From: Zancudomyces culisetae HAW-14-8
Taxonomy: Eukaryota > Fungi > Kickxellomycota
Direction of reading: 5' to 3'
Length of the DNA stretch: 64,000 nucleotides
Assembly: GCA_052426225.1 (NCBI GenBank)
Contig: JBNJNM010000023.1
Location: 1 to 64,000 of the forward strand
The notes under the pieces: generated by a model
What the model saw: only the letters and a program-made list of their open reading frames with translations
What the model was told of the DNA's origin: nothing
Databases searched by the model: none
In this document: positions 32,455-45,133 of the stretch, in pieces
Layout of the letters: every line of letters begins with the position of its first letter
Position numbering within the stretch: the first letter of the stretch is position 1
Made by a program: the position numbers and the translations under genes

Positions 32455-33114
32455 ATGGTTAAAATAAAAATCTTGTACCTTGTCGCACTATTTTCAGTAT
32501 CCGCTTCTACACAAGATAGTAGAGCTAAGAAGATGGAAATTGTTAAAGAACTTTCTTCGCAAAATTATAAAATCGTTGGAAAGAATTTAATAAAAAATAA
32601 GAACATAGGGTTGAATGTGTCTCCGAATGGCCAACTTAACCATTTACAAGGTATACAAAACAAAGTTGGAGTGGCTACAAACAACATTCGTCTTTCAAGC
32701 AACAATAAAGGGTCCGTAGACCTCAAGTGTTGTCATAGAGTATGCAGACCTTGCTGCAACCATCACCATCATCATCACTGTGATTTTCACGACCGCTGTC
32801 TTCATCTTCGCATTGATTGCCTTCGTCGTACACTTCATAATGTTCGTCGAGCTCTTGATGTTCGTTACAACCCCTGTCTTGATCGTCAAGCTCACATTCT
32901 TCATCGTCAGATTGAAATCCTTCGTAGTAAACTTCATTGTTCGGGCCATCATCACCATCACCACCACCGGCAACCCAGACCAATACGTCGACCACCACCC
33001 CCACCAGCTCTACCAAAATGCCATCATCATCATCAACACCATCACCACCACCGTTCCTGTCATAAACACCGCAGACATCATCACCACCATTACCCTTGTC
33101 ATAAGAAAAACTAA
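32455..33114 (+). CDS. Secreted His/Cys/Arg/Pro-rich protein, family H copy 1
   Basis: Signal peptide MVKIKILYLVALFSVSA; ~90-aa region shared with 39388-40167; poly-His, Cys and poly-Pro tail; TATAAATA at ~32332. Confidence 0.85.
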   Translation: MVKIKILYLVALFSVSASTQDSRAKKMEIVKELSSQNYKIVGKNLIKNKNIGLNVSPNGQLNHLQGIQNKVGVATNNIRLSSNNKGSVDLKCCHRVCRPCCNHHHHHHCDFHDRCLHLRIDCLRRTLHNVRRALDVRYNPCLDRQAHILHRQIEILRSKLHCSGHHHHHHHRQPRPIRRPPPPPALPKCHHHHQHHHHHRSCHKHRRHHHHHYPCHKKN

Positions 33115-33649
33115 ATTAACACATGCGAGTCTTAAACCCTCATTTCAATCGAACAAGTGCACCCACTGGTGAAGAAACCACTCTTAGATTGCCCAATTTG
33201 GGCTTCATACCAATTGCTTAGGTGCATATTAGTAAAAGCGTTGGTTAATTTCTATCAATATTTTATCACAAAAAGTTTTTTTTTGCTTAGATGAATTTTA
33301 ACTTAATGGATTTTAAATAAAACTACAAAAATATAACCCTACATAGAATCCGTACAACCAATTCTATTCGGTATTTATTGGACTCCATATCCACCAAGGT
33401 TTGATTAAAGAGGTTTGTTCAGCTCTAAGTCGATCTAAAATTTTCACCCTCGTTTGACAGAGTTTTCCAAAAATTTTGCTATTCCATGCAAACTAAAGAT
33501 AACACTGTCTCTTTCTTTCTAACTAAAAGTGAAAACGGTATTTTTAAATTCCCTCCAAGAAAATTTATTGCAAAATATATTCTCTTACTTCATTCCTGCT
33601 ACTCTCCATCTTCCTTAATATTTTTATGAAGAAGTTTATTAAAATGCTT

Positions 33650-34044
33650 AGCTATGGAACGAAAACTTATTAAAATACACAAACATCCTGATACAATTGT
33701 AACTCACCCAATTCTCACCCATACCTAGCTCAACCAATTGTAAAGTAACAACAAGAAACAGGAGAAATATGTTTATATGTGGTTTAAATTTACTTTGTTG
33801 ATTTTATATATTTTATAAAACTTATACTGTGATATATGTTACATAAATCATAACGTATCAGCTTATAAATTTATATTCGCATTTTATAGATTTAATTCTT
33901 TACTTAAATTTAAGGTGATGGATTAATTTGTATAAACAAGTATCTAAGAAAGGATTTTTGACTCATGTGAAAGGTTGAAACTCACAAATAATTGGATCTG
34001 ATCATTTGGATAATAATAAGTTTTCATTTCGTTCAATTAAACAC
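33650..34044 (+). mobile_element. Old DIRS 3'-terminal remnant (partial ICR plus ITR) related to the 14029-23786 element
   Basis: Aligns to the reverse complement of 14029-14430 (cacccaatt.cacc..tacctagctcaac..gaaacagg..tggtttaaattt..taataagttttcatttc.ttcaa.taaaca). Confidence 0.75.
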
Positions 34045-36398
34045 ATTATTTTAAATCCATGATAGAAATATATAACATTACGTTTATAATTTTATAATTT
34101 ACTGTTGGTTTACTTTATTTATTCAGCACCGTTTCAATGAGTTGGTGACTTGTCCATTTATATGTTGCGCTGTTGGTTTTCCTTTTGGATGAAATATTGT
34201 GTAGCGTTTCGGCTAATTACCAAAGATAGAGTTTGTTTACGTCTCTTAAAGGTAGATTGTGTGTTTAGAAGTATTTTTTTATTTACCAGAACAGTTTATC
34301 CTAAACTGATTTAAACTTATAAAAACTATATATAGGTTACTGTTTTAATGACTATAAATTACGATAAGTCTCGCTAAGAATCCTCTTTTAATAAGTAGTA
34401 GAGTGTTATGGTTCTGAGTATATTTTCAGTTACTATAATATTTTTTCAAGTACAATTTATTTACTTTTAATGAAATTTTATCATTTCTTTTTTTTTTGGT
34501 CTTCTCACATATAAAAAAACTGTCAATCTAGAAAAGTTATATGAAAAAAACAACTTGAGAATTGTTAGAAAGAAGAAATCATTACACTCCATTTGATAGT
34601 TCTTTTTATCCTACATTTAAGTTGAAGTCTTTAAGACATTTTTATTTAACAGTGAAATTAAAGTTACTTTTTCACATTAATACTAATTAAATATCATTGA
34701 TATTTTCTTATAGATGAAAAAATTTTAAAGATATTAGTATTTAAACAAAGGTATTTAAATGTTTCTTTAGACGTAAGGAATAAATAAAAATGGTTTAAGA
34801 AATACTTACTAAATATACAATTAAAGATCTTCGGAATAAAACTCACTCATGACAACTAGAATATGAAAAGTCTGAATTGTTTACACCTTTTGATTGCAGC
34901 GACTTAAACTAACCCGTTTTCCTATGTTTTTAACAGTTATAAGATACCGATTTTATTTATACTCTCAACATGATTATAATCGTTTTTAGTAAATGCATAA
35001 TATATTCACACTACATTGATGTAATAATACAAATTGTATTTAGCCACATCTATTTCCAAAAAAAATTATTTATGAATTGTTTTAGCGCTGTCATGCCTAA
35101 AAGCGGTTAGACATATACTGTGGTATTTTAGTCTTTTATAAATTTACCCACTAACAAAGTGTTGTGGCTATGTTTTAATAGTCTTTATTTTAATAAATAT
35201 ACTTTACTCTTTTTGCTATTGCTGTTTTTTTGGCTCGATTTTTTAATGCAAGATAGTTGAAATATAGATTCTGATTAACATCACATGTTTCCAACAAAGC
35301 TAAACTACCTAACAATAAAACCATACACAAACTTGGATACATTATATTTAGCTGCATAATAATGTTTATTTGTGCCATTAATATACACCAAGATTCACTA
35401 GTTCAATCTAAAAAGATGTTTATGCTTACCTAGTATGGTAAATTTTGAGATGCTGATTTATTCTCACTATTTTACTTATTTTAGACAATTTGTAATCATT
35501 GGGAAGGGGCGATCTTATGGTCATTTACATTATGTTAATAATAGTATTTTTATTAATTTCCGTCTACAACAATTATTTCTCACTATAAAAATGAAGGGTG
35601 AAAGTAAAGACATATTAAAATTATCGATATAATAGGATCGGGTCTACTCTATTTGGTTTAGATAATTTTAAACAATTTCTAAGAATAGATTGACTATAAA
35701 TACTATTTTTAGTTCAATTTATTTTTTTCACTAAATCACCATTAAATCGATAATTATTTGCTCTGGATAAATTTCATTAGGATGAATTAAATTACCAATA
35801 ATCCATAACTGGTTGTAGCACGGGTATGATTATACTTTGGTATTTGTTATTCAAAAGTCAAAATCGAATAAAATATAGACTTTGTTTTGTGTTATGTAAG
35901 AATTACATAATACCTTTAGCGTATTTGTTAAGCTCGCGTTTTACTTTAGCATAAATCAAGTAAACACAATTATCGAACACAAATTAATATTGTTTGCTCT
36001 TTGTGCTCTGACACTTACTATAAAATAACATTTTTTTAAAATATTAGAGTTAAGGTTAAGATATATTACAAAACCTGATTCTCTAAAATTACACATGCTT
36101 TCTAAATTTAGCCCTATATTCATTACCAATATTTTTTACGGTTCTAAAATTAGGATTATTACTAGCACTTTATAATTGATATAGGATACCCGTGAATTGT
36201 GTTTAAAGAGTAAAGTAGATTAAAAATGAGAATAGAAAAAGTATAAAATGGGTCAAGATATCACTGTCAAAATAAAAAATCATCAACAGTTGAAGATTCT
36301 TCAAGTATCAATTTTAAGCATAATCATAATCATTTGTATTAAAATATTGCATTAGCAATCAGCTACACATAACGCTCATTTTAAACTAAATATCAAAA

Positions 36399-36815
36399 AT
36401 GGTAAAGTCAACACTCGCACTCCTCACAGCCGCAGTTGCCACAGTATCAGTAAATGCTGCATCCGCTCCAAGACCAAGAGCAAATGTTGGTCCTATGCAA
36501 CCACCAATGGAACAGGTTCAGGACTTTGGAAGATATGCTCCACCATCTCGCCCTGCCTTTAATAACCGCTTTGCCGCTCCAGCCTACCGCAAGCGTGCTG
36601 ACGAGGAGGAGGAAGTTGCACCAGCTGACGACGATTCTGCCCAAACTGTTGATCCTTCAGCAGAAGGTGGTGATGCAGGAAATGGAACCGATGACCGTTG
36701 GTGGTACGGATACTACGGCTACCCATACTATGGCGGATACTACGGATATCCATCGTATGGTTACGGTTACGGTTACGGTTACAGCTACCCATACTACGGT
36801 GGATACTACTACTAA
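36399..36815 (+). CDS. Secreted protein with Tyr/Gly-rich C-terminal peptide
   Basis: Signal peptide, Pro-rich segment, RKR site, acidic linker, then RWWYGYYGYPYYGGYYGYPSYGYGYGYGYSYPYYGGYYY; GC-rich codon usage against AT-rich flanks. Confidence 0.88.
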   Translation: MVKSTLALLTAAVATVSVNAASAPRPRANVGPMQPPMEQVQDFGRYAPPSRPAFNNRFAAPAYRKRADEEEEVAPADDDSAQTVDPSAEGGDAGNGTDDRWWYGYYGYPYYGGYYGYPSYGYGYGYGYSYPYYGGYYY

Positions 36816-37417
36816 CTTGCCATTCTTTAAAACTTTATTGGTTTTAGTCGTTACTTTAACTAATTCTAACGGTCTTCATATATTATTTAAATAAATAATA
36901 TCGAACAACATACGATACATATATTGCTGCATGAATCGAATACAAATTCTGAATTAGAACTTAAATAGCAATTAAATTACCAGTATCTAATTTATTCTGT
37001 TTACTAAATTAGTAATATTACCATTGGTAAAGTACACATAGCTTATTAAGATAATTGGCTTTGATCTACATAAGGCAGAATAGATAACACCTGACCAATT
37101 AATTGTGAGTATGCTGTTTCTAGACTTGTGGAAACAGACTTTTCATATTATGTTTAAAGAAATTTTTTACCCACTATCTTTTTAATATTTGTATACTTGT
37201 TGTGACATTAAAATATACTATCAACTAAAATATACGTAAATATTAAAGCTTGTGGATCATTTTGGTTTCGCTTTAAAGTAGGATGTTGTAACTTATTTTA
37301 GCTAAATATTGGATACTTTAATTAATCTCAGCTTTTTAAGGCTAGAAAAATAATATTTTCATTCACTAAACTTGACTCTAAAGTGACTTATTATTAGTTA
37401 TAAAGGTGTATTAAAGA

Positions 37418-37620
37418 TTACTCGTTGGGGGCAGTACCCATTGACACCCATTTAATTGAAAGTGGACCAGATTTGAGATCTTCAGGGAAATTCCACATAC
37501 CAGTTTGTAAAAACCTGGTGTTTACTGTACACACACCTCTACAGTCGTTTTCTCTGCATACCAACATTCCTCCTGTCGTGTGTATTCCGATGTCGATCGG
37601 GATTCACATTTTCAAACAAT
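37418..37620 (-). pseudogene. Family S 3' fragment / pseudogene
   Basis: Minus frame IDIGIHTTGGMLVCRENDCRGVCTVNTRF..SIKWVSMGTAPNE* matches the family C-half; the N-half is disrupted or missing. Confidence 0.8.
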
Positions 37621-38109
37621 TATTTAATTTACTACATAAACAATCAACTAACATTCTATTAAAAGTTGATCACCGAAAATACTATGATAATTATTTTTTG
37701 AAAATATATATAATAACACAAAAAAAAATTATAAAAAGAAAAAATACAATTAAAAAGAATAAAGCAAATCAACATTAAATATATAATGACACCAAGAATA
37801 ACAAAACGAATGTCTGAACGAAAACACACGATACAACTCAGTATATACCGTAGAAACATAGGTTATTTGAATTAGTTTTAGTGGGTTTAATTAAATAAGA
37901 TATATATAAGCGAAGGAAGACTCAAAGAGAATTCCTTAGCTCTTTTGATAGTTTTAATAAGTAAAAGGAAAGTAAGATAAATAAATATCAATTCAGAATT
38001 AAAATCCAGGTTTAGGATAATTAAGAAGTTTATTAGGAATAGTGCTACGGCTAGTTAATGAATATTAAGTTTTGACATATTAGAAACTATTAAAATCTCA
38101 CAATAAAGA

Positions 38110-38334
38110 ATGTCAGGCTTCATGAGTAAATTTAAACCCAGATGGATCCAGACAGAAAAAGATGAGGGCAGATACTCATCTGATAGTGACCGTTCGGGAT
38201 CCACTTCCATAGAAGTGGATCCCAAAGAATCACGTGACCCATTTGCTGATATTATGGATCATGTTTTTTTACAATTGAAAAACCCGACAAAGGATGAGGC
38301 TGCACCCAACCTCACCCGACACTCCGAATTATGA
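38110..38334 (+). CDS. Short hypothetical ORF (74 aa), possibly a truncated gene
   Basis: AAGAATG start context; GC-richer than flanks; hydrophilic, protein-like composition. Confidence 0.35.
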   Translation: MSGFMSKFKPRWIQTEKDEGRYSSDSDRSGSTSIEVDPKESRDPFADIMDHVFLQLKNPTKDEAAPNLTRHSEL

Positions 38335-39387
38335 AAAAATTAGTTTAAATAAATGAAATAGAATCGTGTTATTAAAGTGAATGACCAGATATTTTTATGC
38401 GTGTGATTCAATATTAGATAAATAAATCAAATCACCTAGATGCTCGTTTTTCTAAGTTAATCTCTTACAATAATATTAGGCTAAGAATCAAATATATAAA
38501 ACGCGGATATAAATTTAGAAACTTTATAATGCCTTATTATGTACGGCTATTTTCCACTTATTAAAGGTAAAAGCATTTGCAAACTTGTTAACTCTTTACT
38601 TAACAATCGAGATTGGTTAATAGTCACCACTAATACACATTGTGTCTAATGAAGTCTGAATTGAAAAATTCCACAAAGTTTTTTGAATATTAATACGTTC
38701 AAAAATACAAAAAAAGCCATAAAACGAAATAAAGAAAAATATTTGCTTTATATTCACAAAAGTACTAACAGAGAGTAGGTCACAGGGACAGTTTTTTAGT
38801 TATGATTTTAACCACATACTTAGTTTTACTTTTACTATTAAAACCCAGTCTATCAGGGACTTGAAATTAATTACTGATAACACATTGTAAACAAATCGAA
38901 TTAACAACTCATACATAATGATTTATGTAATGATAGGTATTTATTTTTAAACTTTATTAGGATGTTTGTAAAAACATAATTTATGTACTTTGAGCTAATA
39001 TTTACTTTATATAAATGATTTGTACTTTATTTTTTTTATGTAGCTGACTAAGATTAATTAAGAATATATATTTTACCTGAAACCTAAGTGCTCAACATAT
39101 TTAAAAATAATATTTACGGATTTTTAAAACATATTGAGTTATTTTAATATATCACAAGATATAATTCCTAAACTTTGATTTAACGATTTATAAAAATAAC
39201 TTTAAAGAATGGTTTGTTAATAAATCTTATAGATAAATTAAACAAAAATTTTTATTCAATGTTGTTAAATGTAGTTTTGAATGCATTAAACCAATTATAA
39301 CTGAAAACTTGTGAAATACCATCAGGATATGATATAAGCTTAATTTCTTGATTTCTACTGGGTTTAAACCTAATTAAGGATATAGTT

Positions 39388-40167
39388 CTATTGATAGATT
39401 ACCGCTGCAATTGGACTAACACCTAAGTCGGGTGATGTGGTAGTAGGAGTTTCAGTTGGTCCAGGAGTTTCAGTTGGTGCAGGTGTTTCGGTTGGTACAG
39501 GAGTCTCAGATTTTTCATGACAAGGGCGGTAATGATGATGATGGTGTCGACGGTGTCTGCGACGTCTGTGATGATGATGATCATCATCATCATGACATGG
39601 TGGAGGTGGAGGTGGCGGTGGCGGTGGGGGTGGTGGTGGGGGTGGTGGTGGTGGGCATGGACGAGGTGGTGGTGGTGGTGGCCTACATTTTCGGTGGCGC
39701 CTACATTTGTGCCTACATTTTCGATGGCGCCAGCATTTTCGCCAGCATTTGTGCCTACATTTGTGTCTACATTTGTGTCTACATTTTCGGTGACGCCTAC
39801 ATAGCCGCCTACATTTGTGTCTACATTTATGCCTACACTTTCGATGGCGGTGACGGTGGCAGCAAGGTCTGCATACTTTACGACGATGACATTTGAGGTC
39901 TACAGATCCTGCATTATTGTTTGGAAGGTAGACGTTTTTGGGGGCTAGTTCACCTTTGTTTTTTTCCATACCTTGTATTTGGCTAAGTTGGCCATGTGGG
40001 GATACATTCAACCCTACATGCTCATTTTTTTCTAAACTTTTTCCTAAAACACTATCATTCTGTGAAGAAAGCTTTTTAAAGATTTCTATTTGGCTGGCTC
40101 CGCTATCTTGGGATTGAGCGGAAACTGAAAAGAGTGCAACAAGGCACAAAATTTTGATTTTAACCAT
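39388..40167 (-). CDS. Secreted protein with (KCRH)n repeats, poly-Pro, poly-His and PTET repeats; family H copy 2
   Basis: N-terminal ~93 aa paralogous to 32455-33114; 12-nt tandem repeats encode KCRH; TATATAAG just upstream. Confidence 0.87.
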   Translation of the reverse strand: MVKIKILCLVALFSVSAQSQDSGASQIEIFKKLSSQNDSVLGKSLEKNEHVGLNVSPHGQLSQIQGMEKNKGELAPKNVYLPNNNAGSVDLKCHRRKVCRPCCHRHRHRKCRHKCRHKCRRLCRRHRKCRHKCRHKCRHKCWRKCWRHRKCRHKCRRHRKCRPPPPPPRPCPPPPPPPPPPPPPPPPPPPCHDDDDHHHHRRRRHRRHHHHHYRPCHEKSETPVPTETPAPTETPGPTETPTTTSPDLGVSPIAAVIYQ

Positions 40168-42393
40168 CCTGTGCTGTTGTCTGGTTCTTTATTCCGTATG
40201 ATTTTTGCCTTATATAACCGGGATCCTACAACTGCGTGACTAGCTAACTAGCAAAAACACAACAAATTCCAGCAAGATCTTGGCTGCCTGTACCAATTAG
40301 TTTTTTAATCTGTATTCTAGTGCCTGAAGTGTTATTATGCTCAAATACCACTACTATACTTTAATACTTGCTTTTTGCTTTTTAACTATCCGAGAGTGCA
40401 ACAAAATGATACTAAACTAATTCCACGGCATTTTTGACACTATTTATACTTTTTCTAAATGGTGGTTTAATTTAATTATTTATACTATATACATCTCACT
40501 TGTAAATAGTTCAGCTTAGTTTACCTACTCTCTGATATTTACTTATATCATGAGCATTCCAGTTTTATTTTACTAATAAAAAATTATTAAACTATGTACA
40601 CTTTCTTTTATTTAACATTCTAGATCTTTTTTAAACGTCATTTATGTTTATTAAAAGTTACAATCAAATATACTTATTAAGAACTAGATCAAAAAAAAGT
40701 TAATTTATCACACTGACAGGGATTTTATTTTAGTTCTAGCTAAAGTCATTAATTTATTAAAATTGAGGCCGATCAATTTAGCAAAACTGAACTTGATAGT
40801 TTTACTAGTGCTTAAGGAATATATTTGAATGTTAAACTTTATTTAGGAATAATGTGGGGTAATAATCATCTAGATCAAACACAATATTTACGATACTACA
40901 GCTATTGGTTTGGTGGTTATTTATTGAAATGTATGATCTCACACTCTCGCACTATTTGTTCATAAACAGGTCACCTTTAATTTTGTTCGATAGAAATGTA
41001 TAGTAAAAGCGTATAGGTGTTGAGATTTTAGAGTTTCGGAGATCATGAAGTTGGGCTGAAAAGATTTGTAAATATAACATGTCCGAGACTTGCCCTAAAA
41101 ATTCTCACATTTTTTATGGCTTCATGAACGGAAGTTGACATATTTTTCCCTATTTTTAAACGAGATTCTCGCTATCTTTATTGGGTAATATTCTTTTTGT
41201 TTTATTTAATGCTTTACGAGTTAAGAACAACTATCATTTGATATTTTATTTAGCTTTTTAAATTCATAATAATATACTTTGATAAGTTGATAATAGTCCA
41301 GATTGTGCTAATAACTTTTTTTAACAAGTAAAGAATAACATTAATAAATAGTTGAAAATATATTTTTATTCTCATACACCCAAGCTACAAAGTTGATGTA
41401 ATAAGCCTTTAGCGTTTTTCAAAACTTTCAAGCATACAACACTTTTTCTAAACATTTTTTTATAAACAGTTATTTATTTTTGTCCTTGTAACATTTTGAA
41501 TTAAAGCTAATATGTTACATCCATAATTTAAAACCATATTTTAGAATAACAACACTTTAAACATTACCAATTATACAAAAAAACTGTATCATTTATGAAT
41601 GTAGCGAAGGATATGACTATTTTTAAAATCAATAAAAAGAGAATAAAGTAAGTAACTATACATTTGGTAAACAAAAAACACTTTATAAGTAGATAATTAA
41701 AATATGCCAAATAAAATAGTAGTTTAAAAAGTCATGAATAGATGCCATCAATCTGTATCCTTCTTATCATTGTAAAACTAAGTATCGCAGCAATATGATA
41801 CTATAATTGTTTCTGATTATTTACGCAATGATAATTGTTTAAACTTCATCCAACTAAACATATTAAACTTGATATATTAAATAGCCTAACACAAAATTGC
41901 ACGGAATAAATCACATGTTAGGTGAAAGAGATACATGTATTCTCGCACCGTTAGACGATGATTTTAAATCTCAAATTATTCACATTACGGGTATTTACTT
42001 ATATGAGATAATTATGCGTTACATCTTTACCTCTTTAATTAGCACTGAAAACTATTATAGAAGTTTGAAAAGATAAATGCTGAACATATTTATCAATCCA
42101 TATTAAAAAATTCAGTGTGATAATAGATGTCAGACGGAATCCTTACACCTTTTGTAAATATACATTCTTTCAAACTGTAAAATCTACTGGTTGTTAAATA
42201 ATGCCTGGTCATACCCGATTTGAAATTTATTCCCAGCAAAACCACTTTTCAACTCTGCTCCAAACATTACTATTTAATGTTGACGAACTTCACTACAATT
42301 TTTATTTGATGGATTCCGGTTCTAATATTTAAAAAAAATTTCTATCTCTACATCAAATATGCAAAAATTAAAGTAGTCGAACCAAGTGTCTAA

Positions 42394-42801
42394 TTATGCT
42401 AGGAACCAAATTATAGAGTTGGCGGGTCCTCCAACCTTGTCAGCTTCCACATCATATGGATAAAGCCAGGTTTTTCTACGTTCAGTTACACACTTTCCAC
42501 TGCAGTCATTACTGTGGCACAGTGCAACCCATCCGCGTCCTGGTTGTCCGCTATCAAACCGGAGTGATTGGGCACTTGGTAATGAGACACATCTATTTGG
42601 TCTTATATTTATGGTATCACCTGGACTTTGAAGACTCTTCTCTTGAAACACTTCAACCTTCATTCTAGCACTGCGATTTCGACAAGAACAAAGTCTGTTT
42701 GGTCCAATTGGGTATCTATTGTGTTGGCGTAAAGACAAGTCACCCATGCTGTTTGCAATGGTTAGTCCCAAAGCTGCTGTTCCGATTATAATAGTTTTCA
42801 T
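42394..42801 (-). CDS. Small secreted protein, family S copy 2
   Basis: Signal peptide; VEVF..IRPNRCVSL..ALCHSNDCSGKC..WLYP..SIIW; TATATAAA upstream. Confidence 0.85.
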   Translation of the reverse strand: MKTIIIGTAALGLTIANSMGDLSLRQHNRYPIGPNRLCSCRNRSARMKVEVFQEKSLQSPGDTINIRPNRCVSLPSAQSLRFDSGQPGRGWVALCHSNDCSGKCVTERRKTWLYPYDVEADKVGGPANSIIWFLA

Positions 42802-45133
42802 TTTGTTAGTTAATAATTCAATTTTTACTCTTCTTAATTTTTAAAATACTCTCCAAACCAGCTGGATTTATATACTTTTTTGTTTTGAACAAGTTTAGAG
42901 TAAAATCAAAGTATAATGTGTAGAGACGAGTGTTGTAAAAGTAAAGTTAAAAGCTATTTTGTTAATTTTTTCAAAACAATAAATTATGATCTACTGCGTT
43001 TTAAAACATCCATGCAACTTTTGGCTAATGTTGAGAAATTACTAGTTTAAAAAGGTAGTAGTGTACATGGTGCATAACTCTAAGTGTGTAAGTCGCTATA
43101 CGAATATCATATGACTAGATTATCAACTCTAATATATTTATTGTACTTTATGATATACTAACCTGTTAGGTTTTAAGAGCTATCATATTGAAAAAATAGT
43201 AACAAATCGTTTATGACATGATGTTAGCACTTAATGGAGATCAAACTCTGAGAATTGATTAACAGATTGCTGTGCAGCTCAATTTATGAAAAAAACATTG
43301 CTGTACATATTTGAACTATTTGAGGGGGTTTCGAAAAAAAAGTAATAAACCTCTTTAGCTAAAGTAGCACACACTCCAGAATAAAAAATTCAATACAAAA
43401 AACACTAGAACAATAGTTGAGTAAAGTTGCATTATAAGCTACCATTCATTCATTTTTAGTTTTTTTGATCAATCAAATTTATAGGCTTATTGTAGCTAAG
43501 TAAAGTAGGCTAGACGTAAATTATACATATTCATGATATCCATTCAAAATAAATGTAGTCAGGCCATAGTTGTAGCATAAAATAGAACAGTTGTATATAT
43601 AATGGTAGGATGAGAAAAATTAGAGTAATGCTATGAAAAATAGTGAAAATAATGTCATGGAACTAATGTACATTCAATCATCAATCATCAATTCTCTTTT
43701 TTCGGTTTGAGTATTTGAATATTTGATTTGCGCTCAATAACACACTTGAAACTTTAATACAAATATGCGAATGTTTTTATGCCAAGTCAATAATTCTCAG
43801 TTATGCTTATTGTAGTATATAGCAACAAAGCTTTTTGTAAATATTTGAATTAGACCATACTAGAATTGTAAACCGCTATACTTCTTTTTCAAGTAAATCG
43901 AAATTAAAAACCTTAACTAAATATACTAAAGTACACGCATATCAGTAATATTCAATAAACCTGTTAAGAAAAGTACACTCTAAATTGATGAATATATTAA
44001 GCAGGAATTTGGCATTTCACAAAGCCTGAATCAAATATGCTCCAATTATAATTCAAATGCATGTACAGCATATTCCAGAATTGAATGACGGTTGACGAAT
44101 AACACAACATTAAAAACACCAACAGAATATGGTATAGATATTCCACGCATTAATTGGGGGAAGGGATAGGTATCGACCAAAACAGTTTCAGTTCACAAAA
44201 TTTCAAAAATTATAGCCTTTAGGGTTATATTCCTTTCTAGCAGCTAAATTAGAGTGAAATAAATTTTATACGGAGCATTAAATAAAAGATGATGTCTATT
44301 TTATAATAGAGTTATTTATTTCATTTTTTAGCCTGTTACATGAACCTGAGTTTATATTAAATGAGAATAGTAATATCTATATACAAGTTAATATCTATAA
44401 ATTTATACTCCAAAAAAAGAAAATCGCTTAGATTAGTATTATTATACTATACGCAACGAGATCGATACGTTAGTTAATGACATTTCGAATGCTCTTTCTA
44501 TTTGTTGCTAAAATAAAAATCATGACTCTTTGTTCTTAGTTGGTCACATTTTGAATACATACATTTGTACTGTTACGATATTTGATATATACTAATATTG
44601 AAAGTTCTTTTTATGGTTTATTCCATTTAATAACTTTTTCTTGAATCTTTGATCTGAATAATTCCCTCATTATTCGCGATCGGAAATTAATTACATCTTT
44701 TTGATGTTAACATACTAATTAAAATGAATTTGATTATTTGATATAATTTAAATTCCTCAATAATTTTTGATTTCCAAGTATTAGATTCTGTAGATCTTGT
44801 AACCTTTAGCACACGACAAGTTCTGTTGTCCTACAAGGTCCTTTCTGTAGATAAGTGTAAAGGATTAAAATATAGAGCTTTTTTAATGTTTTTTTTACGT
44901 CCATTTATTGCTGATTAGCACCAGTACCGTTAAAATATATAGTTAATTTACCTAAAAACTACACATATTCGGTTCAAACCTGTTGCTGTATACTGATTAA
45001 CTTTCAAACTTTAATTTAAAGATCTTTTATTATGTATTAGTAGGGTGACTATCATTCTAACATAATATTAAATAAATAGTATGTGCAAATATCTATGCAA
45101 TTAATAAATGGTAATGGTTTGATGTTATGATTA

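Noticed and set aside
38110-38334. N-terminal fragment of an OPT oligopeptide transporter
   Set aside because: Only a vague resemblance of PTKDEAAPNLT to the DDP..P.LT motif; no downstream transmembrane exons found.
32695-39896. Antisense and alternative-frame ORFs over the His-rich, Tyr-rich and KCRH genes
   Set aside because: Expected shadow ORFs of GC-rich repetitive codons; no signal peptide or independent promoter.
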